From Armatimonadota bacterium (GTDB lineage: Bacteria; Armatimonadota; HRBIN16), in contig OY781964.1 in NCBI GenBank assembly GCA_963677485.1, positions 4,960,001 through 5,024,000 of the forward strand: a stretch of DNA of 64,000 bases. The letters are read 5' to 3'. The translations under genes and the position numbers were made by a program. This document shows, in pieces, positions 47,859-55,990 of the stretch (the first letter of the stretch is position 1; each line of letters begins with the position of its first letter). The notes beneath the pieces were generated by a model that did not search any database, was not told where the DNA came from, and worked only from the letters and a program-made list of their open reading frames with translations.

Positions 47859-48621
47859 CATGATGCTAATCCCCAGTTGCTAATCTCCGCAACACGGCTG
47901 CATCAACTGCACATCCGTGTGCACAATTTCAATACCCTGCAAATCATGATTCAGAAAGTGAAATTTTAAGTAAACAAATGTCCCTGTTTTTGGCATGTAG
48001 GATGCCAGATTGCATTTAGGCTGCAGGCCCGATTATCACAGACGCACGGTGGTCGGGTCTTGTTGCGCAGATGTGGGCGAGTAGTATGCAACGTCGCATC
48101 GTGTCTAGATGCAGAATTGATTCTGAATGCATCGCTTGTGCACTCCGTGTGGTCACAGTGATCGCGAAGGCAACACGAGGTAACTCATAACCTCCGTAAT
48201 CCGCAAGATTTCATCACTGAACTCACGTAGACGTCAGTAACAACTGAGGCTTGCGCTCTTGTTGCGAACTTGAATCGCATCTTTACGCATGTTGCAAATC
48301 CACGTACAAATCCGCGCAACACTGTTGCATAAACTGTGCATCAACTACACATCATGTACACATCCGTGTACACAAATTCAAAACACTGCAAAAACACGAT
48401 TCAGAAAGTGAAATTTTAAGTAAACAAATGTCCTTGTTTTTGACAGGCTTTTGCGGGTTTTAGGCAGAAATCCGCATCACTCTTTCCAAGATATGGGTGG
48501 TCTTCATGGTAGTGAAATGACCCATTTCGTGCTCAGAACGGTGTTTTTGGAGTCTTTTTGGGACAGAAACGGGGAGGTTAATTGCGCACTCGGAGATGGG
48601 GGGAGAAGGCTGTACATCCCT

Positions 48622-49338
48622 ATGGACACCTCGATAATCCGCCAGATCATTGGCCTGCCAGACCTGACTACCCCTGAGCTCCAGGAACTCTGGAAGACCT
48701 TAAACGGTAAAGAGCCGCCAGCCTTCTCACGCCTCTACCTCATCAAGAGGTTGGCCTACCGAATGCAGGAGATCGCTTTCGGCGGCTTGTCTACTTGCTC
48801 TATACAGCTCATGGATGAGATACTCGAATCATACGGATTCGACCGATACGGTCGTCTTGGTCCTAGACCGGTGAAGACTAGGAAGCGCACAGACGAAATA
48901 CATGACAGGCCGAACAAGACAATCATAAACAGCGATGCATCCACCATTACCGATGATATCGGCATCGTGGTTCATGTGCCCCTTACACTTAAACGCCGTT
49001 CCGGTCATACGCAGTTGGTGAGGCCAGCTACCGATGCCGATGATATAAACTTCCGACTGGCGCACCAGGAAGCGATCGTGATCGCCATCTCTCGTGCACA
49101 CCGGTGGCGTGACCAGCTTGAAGACGGAACCTACGACACCCTTTCTGCATTGGCCAAGCAGATATTTCAGGATATCTCCTTCACCTCAAGGCTGCTTAGG
49201 CTATCGCTGCTCTCGCCTCGGGTTATCGAGTCGATCCTTACAAGCCGGGAGCCGGACGGTCTGTCGCTACATGCGCTCACGAAGCTGCTACCAATGATAT
49301 GGGTGGATCAGGAGGCAGAGCTGGGATTCCCTATGTAG
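48622..49338 (+). CDS. In-frame fusion of DUF2924 N-terminus to the post-recombinase HTH protein (copy 1)
   Basis: N-half matches 41351 (LPDLTTPELQELWK), C-half matches 43548 (AHQEAIVIAI.RAHRW...EAELGFPM). Confidence 0.8.
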   Translation: MDTSIIRQIIGLPDLTTPELQELWKTLNGKEPPAFSRLYLIKRLAYRMQEIAFGGLSTCSIQLMDEILESYGFDRYGRLGPRPVKTRKRTDEIHDRPNKTIINSDASTITDDIGIVVHVPLTLKRRSGHTQLVRPATDADDINFRLAHQEAIVIAISRAHRWRDQLEDGTYDTLSALAKQIFQDISFTSRLLRLSLLSPRVIESILTSREPDGLSLHALTKLLPMIWVDQEAELGFPM

Positions 49339-49619
49339 GGAGGCACACGAGCCCGGTATTTAGGCTACAGGCCCGATCGATCGCTGGTATGTGATGGTCG
49401 GGCTTGCTTGCGCGAATGTGGGGCGAGTGGCGGCATCGTTCGGGCACTCCGCCTTCAAATCACAATTACATCACATGTCTACATATCATCTTGCATACCC
49501 GTCAATTGTGCACTCGGAGATGGGGGGAGATGGCTGTACTGCCACCATGAATGCATTCTGGACCAGCTTGCCTTCGCTGTTTATATCCTTGATCTTTATC
49601 CGCTTAACCCGATCTTCGA

Positions 49620-49886
49620 TCAGTCATAGATTTTGCTTCTGTGGCCTACAGCAAGAACCAGCACTACCACCTTATCGTCTTCTATGCGGCACAAAATCCG
49701 GTAGTCCCCGACGCGATAACGCCAGAGTCCCGACAAATCCGCAAGCAAAGGCTTTCCAAAGCGGCGAGGGTCTTCTTCAGTGTTAATACGCTCACGCAGA
49801 TAGCTGATGATGTTCTTTCGGGCCTGCGGATCAAGCTTGCGCGCATCACGTATGGCCCGCTCATCCCACTCAATCGTCCACGCCAA
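49620..49886 (-). CDS. relE: RelE/StbE-family type II toxin
   Basis: PRRFGKPL...LSGLWRYRVGDYRI.C.I.D..V.VLV..VGHR..IY. Confidence 0.92.
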   Translation of the reverse strand: MAWTIEWDERAIRDARKLDPQARKNIISYLRERINTEEDPRRFGKPLLADLSGLWRYRVGDYRILCRIEDDKVVVLVLAVGHRSKIYD

Positions 49887-50091
49887 GCTCTATCTCCGCT
49901 TCATTCATTGTCAGTCTTTTTCCGGGCTTTTCCAGCCGTTCTATCGCAATGTAGGTATCTTCCATATCGTCTATCAGCCGCAGGATCGCTTCTCTGGCGT
50001 AATAAGTCTTTGTCCGCCCTGTGCGTTTGGCTAGAGCTGTAAGTCTGTCGTCAATTTCGGCAGGGAGCCTAATGGCCATCATACTTTTCAT
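49870..50091 (-). CDS. RHH antitoxin (RelB-like)
   Basis: AIRLP.EI..RL..LA..TGRTKTYY.REAI; overlaps the toxin start. Confidence 0.9.
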   Translation of the reverse strand: MKSMMAIRLPAEIDDRLTALAKRTGRTKTYYAREAILRLIDDMEDTYIAIERLEKPGKRLTMNEAEIELGVDD

Positions 50092-50605
50092 TTTGGTTGA
50101 ACCTCCTGTTTGATATACATGTATATCATACCGCGAATACTACATAAGTCAATCCCGAAGATCATTTGATCGTCTTATTAAAATGATCTGTTAAATCGAC
50201 CGACCGTTGATTCTCGCCATTCGGCCTTGCCTGATTGGGAGCTATCGTGAAGTTAGAACACTCAAAAACCTAAATTGCCGGCATAATTCGACATTTACGG
50301 CACATTAGGCTTCTCTCTGCAAGAATCGACTAGTAAGAAAACAGGTCAAAACACCCCGTTTCGTGCTCAAAGTGTCTGTTTGGACTTTTCTCTATTCGTC
50401 CATAGGAAACAGAGAATAACGTGCAATAAAGAGACAAAACAGCTGAAAACGAGCCACACATGCCAAATGGCTCGTCCAAAACTATAGAGGCCGTAAATCG
50501 GCCGATAATGGGGATTGTGAGCACGTTATTAGTGCGTAAATGAGGAAAAGCCTAGAGCATACATTATCTAGGCTTTTCTCGAAGGTTGTAACGTTTATTA
50601 GTTAT

Positions 50606-50637
50606 TGGTGGAGCGTGAGGGATCTAAACTCTCATCC
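50606..50637 (-). repeat. Degenerate copy of the tmRNA 3' end (old attachment site)
   Basis: TGGTGGAGcgtGAGGGAtctAAaCtCTCaTCC versus TGGTGGAGgcgGAGGGActcGAAcCCTCgTCC at 55526, with shared flank. Confidence 0.75.
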
Positions 50638-50935
50638 ATGATCGATGCAATTCGCATATCTTCGTTATCATTCTTATTGTTATTGTTAATAATAAATTCT
50701 CTCGTAACCATGTTCACATCTTGACTGTGAATTTCAGTACCGTGACTGCCATAGTCACCTCAGTAAATATAGTATCAGATACATGGGAATACGGTGATGA
50801 TAGCATGAATCAGAGAACACGTGGTTCAGGTAACGTAGTGGTATGCCTCATATGGCACTTGCTTATACATTCATTCGGGATAATCCGTATTTATCGCGAT
50901 TCTACAGAAATGAAAGTACATCGCGTTCGAACAGC

Positions 50936-51916
50936 TCAGACTCCGATCCGTAGTAAGATCTGCTCTGTGATGTTCTTGAAGTCGATGAAGCATTTAGTTA
51001 CAGCCACTGCATGGGCACCGATCGCGCCATCAGCGGGTGTCAATTTAAAGATCGGCTTACGCGCATCTTCAGCTAGCGGCATCAGGCTCTGATAGTTCTT
51101 GATCAATCCAATTCGGTTTGGATCCTTGTCAGGGTCATCAGCATACTGCGTTTCTTGCAATACATCATTCGCGTATACTTTCGGTATTTTGGATATCCAT
51201 CGTTGATAGGCTTTGACCGGTCGGCTTCTACGTTCTACATGTTGCATAACTACATATCCTGCAGGCTTCATGTCCCCTGCAGGCATAGGAATATCCATAT
51301 CCGAAGGCTTAGCGAGTAGTCGCTTGTGCCAATTCTCTCGCCATGTGTGCAAAGTTGGGCCCAAATTCCGAAGGCCCTGTAATGAGAAAAGACCTGGCGA
51401 GAGCGGCATCACAACGTAATCGGCTGCAATAAGTGAAGCACGGTTAATCGCACCCAGATTGGGTCCCACGTCCATCAGTATGATGTCTGCGTTAATCGAT
51501 TCACTCGCATAATGGATGATGCGATGAAATGCAGTGATGACCCGGAAAGCGGATTTATCACCATCCAGGCAGCGTGGCCAACTATCTGAAAGTTTGTCTT
51601 CAAACTGCGATAAACCTAGATCCCCGGGTAAAAGATGGATCTGAGGTTGAATCTGTTGCAGGGGTGCATTCGCGATATCTCCCAATCCATCGATGATCGG
51701 AGAGATGCAGGAAAGGATACTCTGGTGATGGCCATCCTCTGGCCAAATCATTTCCAAGGTTTCCTCGTCAAGAAACATAGTGGTTAGGTTCGCCTGCGGA
51801 TCAAGGTCTACTGCTAACACGCGTAGGCCGAGTTCAGCGCACATCCATGCCACATGATACACCATTGTTGTTTTGCCAACACCACTTTTATTATTAAAGA
51901 ACGTGATAGTTTTCAT
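50936..51916 (-). CDS. ParA/Soj-family ATPase (orphan, long type)
   Basis: NNKSGVGKTT deviant Walker A, DLDPQANLT and DVGPNLG; no parB nearby. Confidence 0.9.
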   Translation of the reverse strand: MKTITFFNNKSGVGKTTMVYHVAWMCAELGLRVLAVDLDPQANLTTMFLDEETLEMIWPEDGHHQSILSCISPIIDGLGDIANAPLQQIQPQIHLLPGDLGLSQFEDKLSDSWPRCLDGDKSAFRVITAFHRIIHYASESINADIILMDVGPNLGAINRASLIAADYVVMPLSPGLFSLQGLRNLGPTLHTWRENWHKRLLAKPSDMDIPMPAGDMKPAGYVVMQHVERRSRPVKAYQRWISKIPKVYANDVLQETQYADDPDKDPNRIGLIKNYQSLMPLAEDARKPIFKLTPADGAIGAHAVAVTKCFIDFKNITEQILLRIGV

Positions 51917-53103
51917 GGAGCAACCTCCCTGATCGTGGCCAGGAAATACGCCGGTTCATCAATCGTGAACTCAGCAGGTGGGTTGCCGTTTTCGCGCAGA
52001 AATCGCTGGGTACGGGAAATACCGCGGCCAAAAGTATTCACATACCCGAGTATTTTCATGGCCTCGGCTATCTTGGGGTTCCGATAGTCGTTCTGATCGG
52101 GGAAAGTCGTCGAGGTCACTGCGCCGTAGAGTCCTCCTGCGTTTTGTATCTCGATGCGATCACGAAACCAGTAGAACCGAATAGGGGCATTGGACTGGTA
52201 GTCACGATGCATCACAGCGTTCATCAACAACTCTCGTATGCCCATCATGGGGTAAGGGGTGCGGCTAACTTCCGTAAGAGGAGAAATGGTCTCAGGTTGT
52301 GATGGAAATAGTGTTTTTAGGAAGTTATCGAGCTCACGGAGTACCGATATTAAATCCCCTTCAAAGCGCCTTTCATCCAGCACATCGGTGTCAAGAGCTT
52401 CCCCCTGGAACCGCACATATTGAATGGCTGCTCCCGGAAACCAGTTCGACGGTTCTTGCCCAAATAGTATAGCACCCGCATTAGTAGCGCACTCATCGGC
52501 AGAGCACCAGAACCCCAGCGACGCCATCTGTGTGAGCATATCCCGGTGGTTCTCTTGAAGGATCTCAGGTGCAATTGCTGCATTCCGATATGTGAGTTGG
52601 AATAGATCCAACACCAGATCATCACGCCCACATCCCCTGCACGGTCTGAGGTCAAACGTGCGTGCATGAGATGCTCTTTTTTCTGTCAGGATACGCTCTT
52701 CCTGTTCATTGGCGATCGCCTTTCGGGGGCCTCGGCGTATCCATACGCGTCCACGAAAACGTATGGGCGGCATATCGGAAGGAAGAACCTCTACTACAGC
52801 CACATCCCCTTCTGGCAATGATAGTTTATCAACCATGATGGTTGGTAGCGGAACTATCTGTCCTGAATCTGCGTAACTTGACAGCTGTTGCAACAATCTA
52901 TCGCTAACGTCCACACCCTCAATGGTGCCATTGTCTCGCGCGCCAATCACTAAAAACCCTGGAGAATTACTGCCCGGCATATCATTAGCGAACGCGCATA
53001 TGGCTTCACATATTTTGTCCGTATTTGATGTCGAAAGAGTTCGTTCCATCCGGGCCGATTCAACATCGGCTAGCAGTTGTCTCAGTTCCTGTTCGTTGAT
53101 CAT
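51913..53103 (-). CDS. AlbA_2 (Schlafen-like) domain + HATPase_c_4 (RecG C-terminal-like) protein
   Basis: ES...E, ICAFAN...G...IG..D.G...GV; RELLMNAVMHRDY, DRIEI.N.G, RNP.IA and G.GI motifs. Confidence 0.9.
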   Translation of the reverse strand: MINEQELRQLLADVESARMERTLSTSNTDKICEAICAFANDMPGSNSPGFLVIGARDNGTIEGVDVSDRLLQQLSSYADSGQIVPLPTIMVDKLSLPEGDVAVVEVLPSDMPPIRFRGRVWIRRGPRKAIANEQEERILTEKRASHARTFDLRPCRGCGRDDLVLDLFQLTYRNAAIAPEILQENHRDMLTQMASLGFWCSADECATNAGAILFGQEPSNWFPGAAIQYVRFQGEALDTDVLDERRFEGDLISVLRELDNFLKTLFPSQPETISPLTEVSRTPYPMMGIRELLMNAVMHRDYQSNAPIRFYWFRDRIEIQNAGGLYGAVTSTTFPDQNDYRNPKIAEAMKILGYVNTFGRGISRTQRFLRENGNPPAEFTIDEPAYFLATIREVAP

Positions 53104-53394
53104 CTTGGTTCCTCACCTTCAGCAATGAGCCAGTCGAAACACTAGTTTAGCTCACCGCACCCCGAATTGCTCAGAGCCTATTGTCCAATTATGGCCGTAT
53201 GCATACGCATTGATAACGATGAGCATCGTGTGCACTAAGCTCCGTCACGGCTGGCATATTACTGTGTGAGGTCTCTTATTGAACGGTTGCTCATCGGACA
53301 CCTCTACCTGGCAGTAAGTTGCCTGCTCTACATAGATTACTGTACTTTATATTCGCAATTTCCGCCGTAGTATAAGCACTCGTTTCGCCCTTTA

Positions 53395-53866
53395 TCCAGC
53401 CTCCATCGAATTTTCGATGGACACTTTCGGGATATTCCATCAATTTCTAACGAGTTTCAGATCCATGATTCCCATTGTTTCATGCTCACTACACCCCGCA
53501 TCTTACGCCATTCAGTGGTCAACCCTGCTAGTCTCCATCGAAATTTCGACATTCAGGTTTTGTGGTTCATCCAGAAAAGCTCGCATACGTTAAGAGACCA
53601 TTCATAGCTAAGCCGAGAAGGAGGACCAAAGCTCATCGTCAGCTGTTTCGAGGCTTTGAGTAGCTACCTGATATAGCTCATCCCACGGTGAACCAATGAG
53701 CAGAGGGTGATCCGCGCCACTCTTCTGAGACACTTGATGTTTCCGAGAATTCATGGGTGAATGCAACAAGCCGCCACCGAAGGGAGAAAAGATAATGAGC
53801 ACACCAGTATGTGAAAGGGTCGACACCGGAAATGCACAGTCTACGAACAAAGGAGAAAGATACCCT
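53395..53866 (+). pseudogene. Contracted relic of the 40150-41350 region (operators kept, sigma gene deleted)
   Basis: Shares CTCCATCGAAATTTCGACATTCAGGTT, CTGTTTCGA.GCT...TAGCTAC, CGCCACTC and promoter motif II with 40150-41200. Confidence 0.7.
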
Positions 53867-54583
53867 ATGGACACTTCGATAATCCGCCAGATCATTGGCC
53901 TGCCAGACCTGACTACCCCTGAGCTCCAGGAACTCTGGAAGACCATAAACGGTAAAGAGACGCCAGCCTTTTCACGTCTCTACCTCATCAAGAGGTTGGC
54001 CTACCGAATGCAGGAGATCGCTTTCGGCGGCTTGTCTACTTGCTCTATACAGCTCATGGATGAGATACTCGAATCATACGGATTCGACCGATACGGTCGT
54101 CTTGGCCCTAGACCGGTGAAGACTAGGAAGCGCACAGACGAAATACATGACAGGCCGAACAAGACAATCATAAACAGCGATGCATCCACCATTACCGATG
54201 ATATCGGCATCGTGGTTCATGTGCCCCTTACACTTAAACGCCGTTCCGGTCATACGCAGTTAGTGGGGCCAGCTACCGATGCCGATGATCTAAATTTCCG
54301 ACTGGCGCACCAGGAGGCGATCGTGATCGCCATCTCTCGTGCACACCGGTGGCGTGACCAGCTTGAAGACGGAACCTACGACACCCTTTCTGCATTGGCC
54401 AAGCAGATATTTCAGGATATCTCCTTCACCTCAAGGCTGCTAAGGTTATCGCTGCTATCGCCTCGGGTTATCGAGTCGATCCTTACAAGCCAGGAGCCGG
54501 ATGGTCTGTCGCTTCACGCTCTCACGAAGCTGCTACCAATGATATGGGTGGATCAGGAGGCAGAGCTGGGATTCCCTATGTAG
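53867..54583 (+). CDS. DUF2924::post-recombinase HTH fusion protein (copy 2)
   Basis: Near-identical to 48622-49338; AAGGAG SD. Confidence 0.8.
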   Translation: MDTSIIRQIIGLPDLTTPELQELWKTINGKETPAFSRLYLIKRLAYRMQEIAFGGLSTCSIQLMDEILESYGFDRYGRLGPRPVKTRKRTDEIHDRPNKTIINSDASTITDDIGIVVHVPLTLKRRSGHTQLVGPATDADDLNFRLAHQEAIVIAISRAHRWRDQLEDGTYDTLSALAKQIFQDISFTSRLLRLSLLSPRVIESILTSQEPDGLSLHALTKLLPMIWVDQEAELGFPM

Positions 54584-54787
54584 GAAGGCACACGAGCCCG
54601 GTATTCGAGCTAAAGGCCCGATCATCGCATATGCGTGATGGTCGGGCCTGCTTGCGCGAATGTGGGGTGATTGGCGGCATCGTTCGCGCACTCCGCCTTC
54701 AATCACAATTACATCATATGTCTACATATCATCTTGCACAGCCAGGCAATTGCGTACTCGGAGATGGGGGGAGATGGCTCTACTGGA

Positions 54788-55009
54788 TCAATCGTCCACG
54801 CCAAGCTCTATCTCCGCTTCATTCATTGTCAGTCTTTTTCCGGGCTTTTCCAGCCGTTCTATCGCAATGTAGGTATCTTCCATATCGTCTATCAGCCGCA
54901 GGATCGCCTCTCTGGCGTAATAGGTCTTTGTCCGCCCTGTGCGTTTGGCTAGAGCTGTAAGTCTGTCGTCTATTTCGGCAGGGAGCCTAATGGCCATCAT
55001 GCTTTTCAT
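54788..55009 (-). CDS. RHH antitoxin, orphan second copy
   Basis: Protein identical to 49870-50091; toxin gene deleted immediately after its stop codon. Confidence 0.9.
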   Translation of the reverse strand: MKSMMAIRLPAEIDDRLTALAKRTGRTKTYYAREAILRLIDDMEDTYIAIERLEKPGKRLTMNEAEIELGVDD

Positions 55010-55525
55010 TTTGGTTGAACCTCCTGTTTGATATACATGTATATCATATCACGAATACTACAAAGGTCAATCCCAAAGCTCATTTTAATCGTCTTTTCAA
55101 ATGATCTGTATAATCGACCGACCGTTGATTCTCGCCATTCAGCACTGACGGTTTGGGAACTATAATGAAGTTAGCACACTCAAAAACCTAAATTGCCGGC
55201 GGTTTTTGACATTTACGCCACATTAGGCTTCTTTCTCTGTCGAAATGGGCTAGTTAGAAAACAGGTCATAACACCCCATTTCGTGCTCAAATGGTCTGTT
55301 TGGACTTTTCTCTATTCGTCTATAGGAAACAGAGAATAACGTGCAACAAAGAGACATAATATCTGAAAACGAGCCGCACATGCCATATGGCTAGTCCAAA
55401 ACTACAGAGGGCATGAATCGGCCGATTATGGGGCTAGTGAGCACGTTTTTAGTGCGTAAATGAGGAAAAGCCCAGATCATACATTATCTAGGCTTTTCTC
55501 GAAAATTGCAACGTTTATTTGTTGC

Positions 55526-55877
55526 TGGTGGAGGCGGAGGGACTCGAACCCTCGTCCAAGATGGGTTATATTAGGAGTCTACGAGTGTATCCGACAATTA
55601 TCTCTTATGTCGCACATGCCCATCGGCAGGCTTATTACGACACCAGTCCACCCTGAATTTCGCCATCAACGCGGTGAGCACTCAATGAAGGCTATTCGGC
55701 ATAATACACGCCCGAGGATCCACACGGCCGAAAGGTGTGGCTCGGACGGCTGCCTATTTAGGCAGCGAGAGCGTAATTGTTATTGGCTCTTATTGTTTTT
55801 GCCGCTTTTAACGAGGCCAGCGGCACCTCGACTCGCATCCGTAACACGCCCGCACCCTGTCAACACCACTCGCCCCC
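55526..55877 (-). ncRNA. ssrA: tmRNA
   Basis: 5' GGGGGCGAGTGGTGTTGAC; 3' GGGTTCGAGTCCC.CGCCTCCACCA with Ala G-U acceptor stem; tag ANNNYALAA* at 55787-55758. Confidence 0.97.
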
Positions 55878-55990
55878 ATTTGGGAAAGCGGCACCAGTGC
55901 TTTGCTGTTGCCGGTATCTTATTATAGACGTTTGCGACCCTAAATAGCAAGGGGGCATCCAAGATACAACCGGCACCCCCAATCACTGAT

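Larger units (their letters stand above)
48618..50637. repeat. Direct duplication of 53863-55557 (fusion gene, att-like motif, antitoxin, island end, tmRNA 3' fragment)
   Basis: High identity by eye across both blocks; the second block lacks about 330 bp including the toxin gene. Confidence 0.9.

Noticed and set aside
48451-48621. N-terminal extensions of the fusion ORFs in the track (48451 and 53753 starts)
   Set aside because: The two extensions are unrelated and homology to DUF2924 begins at ATG 48622 and 53867.
50606-50637. Possible tRNA gene
   Set aside because: Only a decayed T-arm/acceptor fragment matching the tmRNA 3' end; no D or anticodon arm.
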